Assembly (NCBI GenBank): GCA_963764165.1
Contig: CAVXRD010000003.1
Span: forward strand, 544,001 to 608,000
Direction: 5' to 3'
Source of the DNA: an uncultured Verrucomicrobiae bacterium
GTDB lineage: Bacteria > Verrucomicrobiota > Verrucomicrobiia > Limisphaerales > Palsa-1400
DNA length: 64,000 nucleotides
Part shown: positions 1-9,545 of the stretch, one piece after another
How positions within the stretch are numbered: the first letter of the stretch is position 1
How the letters are laid out: the number at the start of each line of letters is the position of its first letter
The notes under the pieces: generated by a model
Seen by the model: the letters and a program-made list of their open reading frames with translations, nothing else
What the model was told of the DNA's origin: nothing
The model's database searches: none
Position numbers and translations under genes: made by a program

Positions 1-2
1 CC

Positions 3-290
3 TTGGCGCGCAAAAAACGAAACTGTTGTTTTGTGACGATGGCAGAAAAGGGAATCCTCGCGGCGGAACCCGGTGGAACCGTTGAGCACGCCCCTGCCCT
101 TCCGGTGCGCGGCGAAATTGATGTCGTGGGCGCTGGCGATTGCGTGACCGCAAACCTGACAACCGCGCTCGCCTCCGGCGCGACGCTGCGCGAAGCGCTG
201 CAAATCGCAAACGCCGCCGCCTCGGTCGTCCTCCGCAAACTCGGCACGACGGGAACGGCGTCGGTGCAAGAGATCCGACGATTGTTGTGA
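3..290 (+). CDS. PfkB/ribokinase-family carbohydrate kinase, C-terminal part (HldE/RfaE-like); truncated by window edge
   Basis: IDVVGAGD matches the PfkB DxxGAGD signature, followed by ANAAASVV..KLGT typical of the family C-terminus. Confidence 0.8.
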   Translation: MARKKRNCCFVTMAEKGILAAEPGGTVEHAPALPVRGEIDVVGAGDCVTANLTTALASGATLREALQIANAAASVVLRKLGTTGTASVQEIRRLL

Positions 291-325
291 AGCCCGGCAG
301 GGCTGCCACCAACCCGGCTTCCATT

Positions 326-605
326 GGTTCCTCAACGTTTTCGGTGGAATAGAATCCGGGCACTCGGCCACGAATTAAAACGAGCGACGGGGCGGCTGCG
401 AGCCACAGCTCGCGCCCCGTCGCGGTCGGACAGCGAAACGCTCATTTACAACAACTTACCCATGAATGGCTTACAACTATTGGATGGCCCTGAGATGAGG
501 CAGCGAGATTCCCCTGGATTACTGATGTCTGCACCTCCTCAGAGGTTTGGTTGCTCGCAACCGGGTTTACACGAACTTCTATTCCACTGAAAACGTGGAG
601 GAACC
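326..605. mobile_element. MITE (non-autonomous element), 280 bp, 29-bp terminal inverted repeats, 8-bp target-site duplication
   Basis: Left TIR ggttcctcaacgttttcggtggaatagaa (326-354); right TIR ttctattccactgaaaacgtggaggaacc (577-605), 2 mismatches; cttccatt duplicated at 318-325 and 606-613; no transposase inside. Confidence 0.88.
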
Positions 606-690
606 CTTCCATTATTCCTATTATTCTCATTATTCGCATAAAAATGGGACAGATGGGAATAATGCGAGAGATGGGAATGGGACGGTTTGA
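606..690. repeat. Palindromic element built of ~9-bp (t)aatgggaa-like units
   Basis: cattattcc/cattattcg units followed by their complements atgggac/atgggaata; homologous to the reverse complement of 12524-12599. Confidence 0.7.
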
Positions 691-769
691 CAGGAGCCTT
701 GCTTGGCCGTGGCAACTCGGACGCCCTTTTGCTTCGACACTCGCGGGTCTGATTCCTAAACTGGACGCG

Positions 770-3322
770 TTGGGACAAGACGCTCCATTATCGCCCATGA
801 TGGCGCAGTATCGCCGCATCAAAAGCGAACTGCCGCGCGAGGCCCTTTTGCTTTTCCGCCTCGGCGATTTTTACGAAATGTTTTTTGACGACGCCAAAGT
901 CGGCGCGCAATTGCTCAATGTCGCCCTCACCAAACGCGGCGAAATTCCGATGTGCGGCATCCCTTTCCACGCCGCCAATGGCTACATCGCGCGCATTCTG
1001 AAGGCCGGGCGCAAAGTCGCGATTTGCGATCAGGTGGAAGAGGCGCGGCCCGGCCAATTGGTCAAGCGCGAGGTCACGCAAATCCTCAGCCCCGGCACGC
1101 ATTTTGACGAGCGACTGCTGACGGCCGAGCGGAACAATTTCCTCGCCGCGCTTTATGCCACCGGGGACGTCGTCGGCCTCGCCCTGGCGGACTTGACCAC
1201 TGGCGATTTCAAAACCACCGAACTTCACGGCGAAGCCGCGCTTCGCACGGAACTCGAACGGCTGCGGCCGGCGGAAATTATTTATCCCTCGGCGGCAGAA
1301 AATCTCGCGGCGATCGCGCGCCACGAAAAAGTCGTGCTCAACGCGTATGAGGATTGGGTCTTCGGGCCGGAAACGGCGGAATTCACCGTGCGCGAACATT
1401 TCAAAGTGGCTTCGCTCGACGGTTTCGGTTTGAAGGGGCGCGCGGCAGCCGTCGGCGCGGCGGGAGCGGTGCTGCACTACTTGACACAGCATTTGCGGCG
1501 CGACGCCTCCGCGCTGACGCGCCTCTCCTTTTATCTCTGTTCGGATTACATGGCGCTGGATGTCATCTCGCTCAAAAATCTGGAGATACTCGAACCCTTG
1601 CACGCCAGTTCGCCGCGCGATGCCTGCCTGTATGGCGCGCTCAACCGCACCGTCACGCCGATGGGCGCGCGGCGGCTGCGCGATTGGCTCAGCCAGCCTC
1701 TCGCCTCGCAAGCGCCAATCGCCCGCCGACGCGAAGCCGTCCGGCAATGGCTCGAAAACGGCACGGACCTTGAGAATTTTCGCCAAAATCTCGCCGAAGT
1801 TCGCGACTTGGAACGCATGCTCGGCCGGCTGAGTTCCGGTTCCGGCAACGGCCGCGACTTGCTGGCTTTGCGCATCGCGCTGGAAAGAATTCCGGTGCTG
1901 AAAGGAATTCTCGCGCAACTGCATGCGCCGCGAACTCCCGCCGAATTTTCGATCATCAGCGAGCCTGCGGCGGAGGCGGGGCTGTTGACAGAGTTGGATT
2001 TGCAATTGATGGAAGCGCCGGATTTGGTCGAACTGATTTCGCGCGCCATTGTTGACGAGCCGCCGCTGGCTTTGAAAGAAGGCGGTCTCATTTGCGACGG
2101 CTTCGACGCCAACCTTGACGAGCTTCGCTCCGCGATGCGGGACGGAAAAAATTGGATCGCGCAGCTTCAGCAGGATGAGATGGCGCGCACCGGAATTGCA
2201 TCGCTCAAGGTGCGGTTCAATTCCGTTTTCGGCTATTACATCGAAGTCACAAAATCGAATCTCGACAAGGTTCCGCAGGACTACATTCGCAAACAAACCG
2301 TGGCCAATGGCGAGCGCTTCATCACGCCGGCGCTCAAGGAGATGGAGGGGAAAATCCTGGGCGCGGAGGAGCGCAGCGTGAAACTGGAATACGAATTGTT
2401 CCAACGCGTGCGCGAACAGGCGCTCGAACAACTGCCGCGCCTTCAGCAATCCGCCGCCGCCCTCGCCCAGCTTGATGTGATGGCCGCGTTCGCGCAGACG
2501 GCGCGGCTCCATAATTATTGCCAGCCCGAAACCGCCGCCGACGGCTTGATCGATATTCGCGACGGGCGGCACCCGGTGTTGGAGCAAATGCTGGCGGGCG
2601 AACGCTTCGTGCCGAACGACGCCGCGCTGAGCCATTCCGAACGCCAATTGATGCTCATCACGGGGCCGAACATGGCGGGCAAAAGCACGTTCATCCGGCA
2701 GGTTGCGCTCATCACGCTGATGGCTCACACGGGTTCATTTGTACCGGCGGCCGCCGCGCGCATCGGATTGGTCGACCGCATTTTCACGCGCATCGGGGCT
2801 AGCGACGACTTGGCGCGCGGCCAATCCACGTTCATGGTCGAGATGACCGAGACCGCCAACATCCTGAACAACGCCACCGCCCGCAGCCTCGTTATACTTG
2901 ACGAAATTGGCCGCGGGACAAGCACGTTTGACGGGTTGAGCCTCGCGTGGTCTATTGTGGAGCATCTGCACAACGTGGTTGGCGCGAAAACGCTTTTTGC
3001 AACGCATTACCATGAGCTGACCGAGCTGGCGGCCCGGCTGCCGCGTGTCAAGAATTTGAATGTCGCGGTGCGCGAATGGAATGATCAAATTGTTTTCCTG
3101 CGCAAAATCGTCGAGGGCGCGACGGATAAAAGTTATGGCATTCAAGTGGCGAGGCTCGCGGGAGTTCCCAAGACAGTGATCGCTCGCGCCCGGGAAATTT
3201 TGTCGAACCTAGAGGAATCCGAGCTGACACCGGAGGGCAAAGTCCGCCAGGTTCGCCGCCGTCCCGAATTGGAGAAACTCAAGAAGCTCGGCCCGCCGCC
3301 GCAGTTGGATTTATTTGGGTGA
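770..3322 (+). CDS. mutS: DNA mismatch repair protein MutS
   Basis: SPMMAQY, FRLGDFYEMF, TGPNMAGKST (Walker A), DEIGRGTST, FATHYHELT, SYGIQVARLAG, C-terminal QLDLF clamp-binding motif. Start TTG 770 or ATG 797; the upstream ORF extension translates repeat DNA. Confidence 0.97.
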   Translation: MGQDAPLSPMMAQYRRIKSELPREALLLFRLGDFYEMFFDDAKVGAQLLNVALTKRGEIPMCGIPFHAANGYIARILKAGRKVAICDQVEEARPGQLVKREVTQILSPGTHFDERLLTAERNNFLAALYATGDVVGLALADLTTGDFKTTELHGEAALRTELERLRPAEIIYPSAAENLAAIARHEKVVLNAYEDWVFGPETAEFTVREHFKVASLDGFGLKGRAAAVGAAGAVLHYLTQHLRRDASALTRLSFYLCSDYMALDVISLKNLEILEPLHASSPRDACLYGALNRTVTPMGARRLRDWLSQPLASQAPIARRREAVRQWLENGTDLENFRQNLAEVRDLERMLGRLSSGSGNGRDLLALRIALERIPVLKGILAQLHAPRTPAEFSIISEPAAEAGLLTELDLQLMEAPDLVELISRAIVDEPPLALKEGGLICDGFDANLDELRSAMRDGKNWIAQLQQDEMARTGIASLKVRFNSVFGYYIEVTKSNLDKVPQDYIRKQTVANGERFITPALKEMEGKILGAEERSVKLEYELFQRVREQALEQLPRLQQSAAALAQLDVMAAFAQTARLHNYCQPETAADGLIDIRDGRHPVLEQMLAGERFVPNDAALSHSERQLMLITGPNMAGKSTFIRQVALITLMAHTGSFVPAAAARIGLVDRIFTRIGASDDLARGQSTFMVEMTETANILNNATARSLVILDEIGRGTSTFDGLSLAWSIVEHLHNVVGAKTLFATHYHELTELAARLPRVKNLNVAVREWNDQIVFLRKIVEGATDKSYGIQVARLAGVPKTVIARAREILSNLEESELTPEGKVRQVRRRPELEKLKKLGPPPQLDLFG

Positions 3323-6300
3323 AACGCCTATTCCAATACGTTGCCGCCGTCCTCGCATGCTCGCTGACGGCAGCGGCCTTCGCGGAAGTCTCGCGCACCG
3401 CCGTGCTGCTGAACGCGCGCGCCCTCAACACATCCAGCCCTGAAATTCAGGCAATGCGAAAAACGGTCGGAACGTTCGCCGGCCGCCGATTGCATCTGAT
3501 TCAATTCGGCGGGCCGATTTTGCCCGAGTGGCGCGACGCGCTCATCGCGACCGGCGCGCGGATCGTCAATTATATTCCCAACAACGCTTATCTCGTTTAC
3601 GGAGATGCAAACGCCATCGCGAAAGTTCAAACTTTGGCGAAAGAAAAATACGCGCAGTGGGATGCTCAATATCCGGCTGATTGCAAAATTCAGCCCGGAG
3701 CCGCCAACTCCCCGACAAATCTCTATTACGTGCAACTGGTGGCGGATCAAGGGGCCAACGCAGAAACCATCGCCCTGCTCTCGCTCACTGGGAAACCGAG
3801 GCGCGTTTTGGAATTTGTGAATCTCACCGCCACTATTGCTCCCACAGAATTGGCGGCCGTCGCCGCCAGGCCGGATGTCATTTCGATTCAAGCTCTTCAG
3901 CCGGCACGCAAGCTGGGTGAGCGCCTGGACCAAATTGTGGCTGGAAATATTTCCGGCAATGCTCCAATCGGTCCGGGTTACCTCGCCTGGCTTGAATCGC
4001 TGGGCTTCGGCCAACAGCAGTTCGATGCTTCGGGGTTTATTGTTGACGTCGCGGACAGTGGCATCGACAACGGAACGACCGCGCCGAACCACTTCGGTCT
4101 TTACAGCGAAGGTGATGCGAACGGCGAGAGCCGGGTCTTTTACAACCGGCTTGTCGGAACACCCAACAGCGCGAGCACGCTGAAAGGTTGCGATGGCCAT
4201 GGCACGCTTAACACGCATGTCGCTGCCGGGTTTGATGGCAATACGAATTTCCCTTTTGCCGATTCCTCCGGCTTCGCGTATGGGCTGGGAGTCTGCCCAT
4301 TCGCGCACCTCGGTTCGTCGGTCATTTTTGACCCGGATAATTGGACTTTTCCCGATTTCGCCACCCTCGAATCTTCCGCCTACCAAAGTGGGGCGCGCAT
4401 TGAAAACGATAGCTGGGGCTATGGGGGCTATGGCGGCGGTTATGGTGTGGTGGCGCAGGAATTTGACGCGCTCGTTCGCGACGCGCAGCCTGCGAGTTCG
4501 CCTTGCCCGGCCCCGGGCAATCAGGAAATGATCATCGTGTTTGCCGATGGTGATTCCGGGCCTTCGACAGGAACTGTCAGCGAGCCGTCCACCGCCAAAA
4601 ACGTCATCACTGTGGGAGGCGCGGAAAACGTGCAGTTTTTCGGGGGGCCGGATGGTTGCGGCGTGGGCGACGATGAGGCCGACAGCGCCAACGAAATGGC
4701 CCCATTTTCATCGCGCGGGCCATGCAACGACGGACGCCACAAGCCTGATCTGGCCGCGCCAGCCACTCACATCACCGGCGGCGTTGCGCAAGCGCCCGAT
4801 CCCGGCCCGCTGGGAACGGCTGACCCGTGCTTTACGGGCGACAGTGTTTGCGGCGGTGTCGACAGCATTTTTTATCCGAGCGGGCAGCAATTTTACACAG
4901 CTTCATCCGGCACCAGCCATGCCGCTCCCGCCGTGACTGGCGCTTGCGCGCTGTTGCGCCAATATTTTATAAACAACGCCTACAGCCCGCCCTCTCCCGC
5001 CATGACCAAGGCGTGCCTGATGAACTCCGCCCGCTATCTTACTGGAGGAAGCGCGAACGATACGCTCTGGTCGGACGCGCAAGGAATGGGTGAATTGGAT
5101 TTGGGCGCGGCCTTCGACGGCGAGCCGCAAATTCTGCGGGATGAATTGGCCGCGGACACGTTTACCGCCACGGGGCAATCGCGCAAGTTCACCGGCTTCG
5201 TCGCAGACACGAATGCCCCGTTCCGCATCACGCTTGCCTGGACGGATGCCCCGGGAAGCACCACCGGCGCGGCCTACAACAACGATCTCGACTTGACAGT
5301 AACAGTGGGCGGCCAAACGTATCTGGGCAACAACTTCAGCGGCGCGTGGTCAACGAACGGAGGATCAGCGGATGCTGAAAATAACGTGGAAAGTGTTTTC
5401 CTCCCGGCTGGCGCATCCGGCGATTTTTCCGTGACGGTTGCCGCCGCGAACATCAATTCCATCGGCGTTCCAAACGGCAGCAACGCGCTATTGCAGGACT
5501 TCGCGCTCGTCGTCCATAACGCCATTGGAAACGGCCCGCCGCAAATTCTACTCGACAGCGCAACCCTCAGTTCGGAGAACTGCGAACCCACCAACGGCGT
5601 CATTGACCCAGGCGAGACAGTCACCGTTCAATTCGCGCTGCAGAACATCGGCCTTGCGGCTACGACGAATCTGGTGGCGGCATTGCAATCGGGACAGGGA
5701 ATCGAGTCGCCCAGCGGGCCGGTTTCCTATGGAGTTATGCGGCCGGGCGGCGCGGCCGTTTCACGGCCAATGACATTCACCGCCGAAGGATCGTGCGGCG
5801 GAATGGCCACGGCGGTGATTCAGTTGACAGATGGAGGCGAGACGGTGGGATGGATCACGAATGCATTCATCCTCGGTCAATTTGTTCCTGACGTTGCATT
5901 CGCGGAAAACTTTGACGAAGTGACACCCCCTTACCTCCCCGGCGGCTGGACAACCATTGTCGAGGGCGGGCAAGTTCGGTGGATCACAACCAATGTCCCC
6001 GACACGCTGCCGGATTCCGTGTTTGCGGCGGCATCCACTAATTCTGGAATTTCAGATCTTATTTCTCCAGTCATTTCCATTGCCTCGCCTGCGGCCCAGT
6101 TGCATTTCCGCAACGTCTACGAACTCGAGACAAATGCCGATGCGCCCTACGAAGCCTTCGACGGCGGCGTGCTGGAAATACAAATCGGAACGAATGCTTT
6201 CGAAGACATTGTTGCGGCGGGCGGAACGTTCCTCGCGAACGGCTACAACAACACCATTGCGCCGAGCAGCGTTGACGACAACCCGCTTCCGAATTGGGCA

Positions 6301-6714
6301 TGCTGGAGCGGGAATTCGCAAGGGTTTGTCAGCACTGTTATCCAGCTTCCTGCAGCGGCGTCTGGGCAGAGCATCCAGTTGCGATGGCGCTGCGCCACGG
6401 ACACGGGAAACGCCAACGTCTCCGTCGGCTGGTGGATTGACACCATCTCCATTGTTGACGGTGGCGGCTACCAATGCTGCCAAGGGCTCTTCTCGCCGGA
6501 GCTCATCAACCCGCGGATCAACGGGACAAATTTTATCTTCTCTTTCCAATCCGCCGCAGGGCAAAACTACAGCATCGAATCCACCATTGATCTTTCCTCC
6601 AAGGCGTGGATGCCGGTCGAAACCATTACGGGAAATGGCAATGTGCTGGCCGTCACGAACAGCATAGGCCCGTCGCAGACCTTCTATCGCGTTCTCAGTT
6701 ATCCCACCCCATGA
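3319..6714 (+). CDS. Secreted S8 subtilase (KP-43-like) with C-terminal beta-sandwich domains
   Basis: Signal peptide; triad motifs VADSGID, DGHGT, SGTSHAAP; STAKNVITVG, FSSRGP, KPDLAAP; ITLAWTD..NNDLDL..NNVE domain. Confidence 0.9.
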   Translation: MKRLFQYVAAVLACSLTAAAFAEVSRTAVLLNARALNTSSPEIQAMRKTVGTFAGRRLHLIQFGGPILPEWRDALIATGARIVNYIPNNAYLVYGDANAIAKVQTLAKEKYAQWDAQYPADCKIQPGAANSPTNLYYVQLVADQGANAETIALLSLTGKPRRVLEFVNLTATIAPTELAAVAARPDVISIQALQPARKLGERLDQIVAGNISGNAPIGPGYLAWLESLGFGQQQFDASGFIVDVADSGIDNGTTAPNHFGLYSEGDANGESRVFYNRLVGTPNSASTLKGCDGHGTLNTHVAAGFDGNTNFPFADSSGFAYGLGVCPFAHLGSSVIFDPDNWTFPDFATLESSAYQSGARIENDSWGYGGYGGGYGVVAQEFDALVRDAQPASSPCPAPGNQEMIIVFADGDSGPSTGTVSEPSTAKNVITVGGAENVQFFGGPDGCGVGDDEADSANEMAPFSSRGPCNDGRHKPDLAAPATHITGGVAQAPDPGPLGTADPCFTGDSVCGGVDSIFYPSGQQFYTASSGTSHAAPAVTGACALLRQYFINNAYSPPSPAMTKACLMNSARYLTGGSANDTLWSDAQGMGELDLGAAFDGEPQILRDELAADTFTATGQSRKFTGFVADTNAPFRITLAWTDAPGSTTGAAYNNDLDLTVTVGGQTYLGNNFSGAWSTNGGSADAENNVESVFLPAGASGDFSVTVAAANINSIGVPNGSNALLQDFALVVHNAIGNGPPQILLDSATLSSENCEPTNGVIDPGETVTVQFALQNIGLAATTNLVAALQSGQGIESPSGPVSYGVMRPGGAAVSRPMTFTAEGSCGGMATAVIQLTDGGETVGWITNAFILGQFVPDVAFAENFDEVTPPYLPGGWTTIVEGGQVRWITTNVPDTLPDSVFAAASTNSGISDLISPVISIASPAAQLHFRNVYELETNADAPYEAFDGGVLEIQIGTNAFEDIVAAGGTFLANGYNNTIAPSSVDDNPLPNWACWSGNSQGFVSTVIQLPAAASGQSIQLRWRCATDTGNANVSVGWWIDTISIVDGGGYQCCQGLFSPELINPRINGTNFIFSFQSAAGQNYSIESTIDLSSKAWMPVETITGNGNVLAVTNSIGPSQTFYRVLSYPTP

Positions 6715-9287
6715 GGCGCGCCGGAATCATCGCGTTTACGGTGATGGCGGTGGCGGCGGCGATTTGGATTTATTCCGCCTGCGCAGTCAATAATAAAGTA
6801 AATTTCCTGACGCCGGGCCCGGGCGCCTGGATCATCTATCCAAGCCCCCCGCAAATCGTGCCGTTCGAGGCAAAGCGAATGACGGCCGTTTTTCGGCGTG
6901 AATTCCAAGTGGCAGCCAAGCCTTCGGCTGCAACGGCGGCGTGGCGCTGCCTGAAGGAGGGAGAACTTTTCGTCAATGGGATAGCCGTTGCAAAATCCAG
7001 CGCCTCCGAGTGGAAGCGCGCTTCCCGGGCCGAAATCGCCGGACTTCTTCGGGCCGGGACGAATGTCATTGAGGTCCGCGTCGATTGCAGTGACGGCCCG
7101 CCCGCTTTGAGTCTCGCGGCGCGCGGAGATGATTTTGCGCTGGAATCGGACGGTTCTTGGAACTGCTCGCTGGCCGGAGCGGTCTGGCAGCCGGCTCTGT
7201 TGGCAGCGCACTCCCCTTCGCCCGCGCCCGGCAACTGGCTTTATGGCGCTGAAACCGCCGGCGGCTCATGGCGCAAGATTTGGCCAACGATTGCGATTTT
7301 TGGAGTGGCCGCGCTTGCCTTGCTCATTGCGTGCCGGAAGTTTTCACTGGCGGCACAGTCGCGATTTAATCCCGTGATGCTTGGCGTTATCGCTGTGGCA
7401 TGGCTTGCGCTGTTCCTCCACAACCTTCCCCTGATTCCTGGCGGCAGCGGATTTGACAGCCCAGAGCACATGGAGTTCATCGGCTACATTCAAGAGCACC
7501 ATTCGCTGCCGAATCCCAAGGACGGCTGGGAATTCTTTCAAGCGCCGCTTTATTACATTCTGGGCGCCGGCTGGCTCAGCCTGTTCGGCGCATCGGCGGC
7601 GAATACGGCGGGCGAGCACTTGATGGGCTTGCTCAACATGGCGCTCGTCGCCTGCGAATTGATGGCTGTCTACGCCTCTCTGAAAAGTTTGTTCCCAAAC
7701 CAAAAACCGAGGGTGCTTATCGGCTGGCTGATGGCTGCATTCGTGCCTGCGCAACTTTATTTGACATATTTTCCGACCAACGAGATTCTCGCCGGAGTCC
7801 TTACGACAGTTTCGTTCTGGCTCTGTTTGCAAATCATAAGAAGCGGCAGCGCGAGCATTCGCTTGCATGCGGCATTGGGCCTGGCTCTCGGGGCGTCGCT
7901 AGCGGCGAAGGCATCCGCGCTGATCGCCGTGGCGCTGGCGTTTTTTGCCATTGCTTTGAATTCCTGCCGGACGCGCCCTCCGGTCTCCAAAATCATCCAA
8001 CGAGCGGGAATCTGTTTTGGATTATGCGCTCTGATTGGAGGATGGCACTATTACCGGCTGTGGCGGCAGTTCGGGAATCCGCTGGTGGCAAACTGGGACG
8101 CCGCCGTTCGAGCGCCGTGGTGGCAGCAGCCTGGATATCACACGGCTTCCTATTACCTGACTTTCGGACGCGGGCTGGCGCAACCCTACTTCAGTTCCTT
8201 CCAGAGTTTTTGGGACGGGCTGTATTCGACGTGGTGGGGTGACGGTTTGCTCTCCGGCGCGTGGAAGTTCGACCGGCGCCTGCCGTGGAATTATGATTTC
8301 ATGACTGCCAGCTACGCTTTGGCGGTGGTTCCCACTGCCTTGGCATTGACTGGATTGTGGCGCGCGGTGCGCAACGGATTTCAAGGGCGAAGGGAGTGGT
8401 TGTTCCTCCTCGCCGCCGCGGCATTTTACGGCTGGGCCATATTCGTTCTGACGCTCAAGGTTCCCATTCATTCCGTGACCAAATCCTTTTTCGCATTGCC
8501 AGCAATCATTCCGTTCGCTGCGTTCATAATTCTGGGGTTGGAGTCATGGCTCAAGCTCGGCAAGAAAATTGAATATCTGTTATATTCCTGGCTCGCGGTG
8601 TGGCTGGCAAGCACTTACGCGGCTTTTTGGATTCTGCCCGATAGCGCGGAGACTCGGCTCTCCCTCGCCGAACGCGCTCGTCCGGTCAACAAGCCGGAAC
8701 AGCGGGCGATATTTGAAGACGTGCTTTCCACTCAGCCGGACAATGCGCGCGTCATTCTTGATCTGGCCAGGACGGACGATGATTCCAAACAAGCCATCGC
8801 GCGCCTTGAGAAAGCCGCGCAAACAAGGACAAACGTCATGATCGACACCGATCTCGCCTTGCGCCTCGGCGAAGATGGGCGCACAGAAGAAGCACTCGCC
8901 TGGGCCAGGCGGGCGTGCGCCTTGAGCATGGACTATGCGCCCGCGCCGGTTTTGTTGTGCTCGCTGTCATTGCGGGCCGGCCAGAACGAGCAAGCGGCGT
9001 CGGCTGGCTCGTGGGCGCTGCGGGTTTCGCCGCAAAATGCGGACCTTCAACTTTACACCGGACTGGCCTGCATGCGTTTGAAACGGTACGAGGAGGCGGC
9101 CCCGCGTTTTGCCGATGCAGTGGAATTTGCGCCGCAAAACCCGGACGCTCATTTCTGGCGTGGCATGGCATTGTGGAGCGTTGGCCGCAATCCCATGGAG
9201 GCGCGCGAAGAAGTTGCCACAGCGGTCCGGCTCGTCCCGCAAAACGCCAAATGGAAAGCGGCGCTGGACGAGATGTCGAAGCCGTAA
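6711..9287 (+). CDS. Polytopic membrane protein: N-terminal beta-sandwich, GT-C (ArnT/PMT-like) glycosyltransferase region, C-terminal TPRs
   Basis: ATGA overlap with the S8 stop; FRREF..LRAGTNVIEV sugar-binding-like fold; FDSPEH..QAPLYY loop then ~10 TM segments; TPR-like repeats (PQNADLQLYTG, PQNPDAHFWRG). Confidence 0.65.
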   Translation: MRRAGIIAFTVMAVAAAIWIYSACAVNNKVNFLTPGPGAWIIYPSPPQIVPFEAKRMTAVFRREFQVAAKPSAATAAWRCLKEGELFVNGIAVAKSSASEWKRASRAEIAGLLRAGTNVIEVRVDCSDGPPALSLAARGDDFALESDGSWNCSLAGAVWQPALLAAHSPSPAPGNWLYGAETAGGSWRKIWPTIAIFGVAALALLIACRKFSLAAQSRFNPVMLGVIAVAWLALFLHNLPLIPGGSGFDSPEHMEFIGYIQEHHSLPNPKDGWEFFQAPLYYILGAGWLSLFGASAANTAGEHLMGLLNMALVACELMAVYASLKSLFPNQKPRVLIGWLMAAFVPAQLYLTYFPTNEILAGVLTTVSFWLCLQIIRSGSASIRLHAALGLALGASLAAKASALIAVALAFFAIALNSCRTRPPVSKIIQRAGICFGLCALIGGWHYYRLWRQFGNPLVANWDAAVRAPWWQQPGYHTASYYLTFGRGLAQPYFSSFQSFWDGLYSTWWGDGLLSGAWKFDRRLPWNYDFMTASYALAVVPTALALTGLWRAVRNGFQGRREWLFLLAAAAFYGWAIFVLTLKVPIHSVTKSFFALPAIIPFAAFIILGLESWLKLGKKIEYLLYSWLAVWLASTYAAFWILPDSAETRLSLAERARPVNKPEQRAIFEDVLSTQPDNARVILDLARTDDDSKQAIARLEKAAQTRTNVMIDTDLALRLGEDGRTEEALAWARRACALSMDYAPAPVLLCSLSLRAGQNEQAASAGSWALRVSPQNADLQLYTGLACMRLKRYEEAAPRFADAVEFAPQNPDAHFWRGMALWSVGRNPMEAREEVATAVRLVPQNAKWKAALDEMSKP

Positions 9288-9293
9288 ACAGAT

Positions 9294-9545
9294 TCAGATT
9301 TTGCGGTTCCGAAGCTGGCCGTGGTTTCCTTCAAACAATCCCTGGAAGGAAAGATCCTCGTCCAGATCCGGCCAATGCAGGCCGAATGGAGAAATCTCGA
9401 TGTGATTAAGCTGCTGGGGCGTGCCACCCGCCAGGCGCGGGTTTTCCGCCGCTGGAAAACGAATCTCCGCTCCACTTTGCATGCGGACAACAATGAAGCC
9501 ATCCACGTGGGCGGCGAAGCAAGCCCTGTCAGCCAAAGTATTCAT
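9294..9545 (-). CDS. DUF2442 family protein (putative TA component)
   Basis: PRLAGGTPQQLNHIEISPFGLHWPDLDEDLS is the characteristic DUF2442 motif. Confidence 0.85.
   Translation of the reverse strand: MNTLADRACFAAHVDGFIVVRMQSGAEIRFPAAENPRLAGGTPQQLNHIEISPFGLHWPDLDEDLSFQGLFEGNHGQLRNRKI

Noticed and set aside
551..769. MutS N-terminal extension
   Set aside because: Translation of the MITE end and the palindromic repeat
788..2728. 646-aa minus-strand ORF, and similar long antisense ORFs over secY, bioB, hrpB, RND and ribBA
   Set aside because: Antisense shadows typical of GC-rich coding DNA; no recognisable motifs
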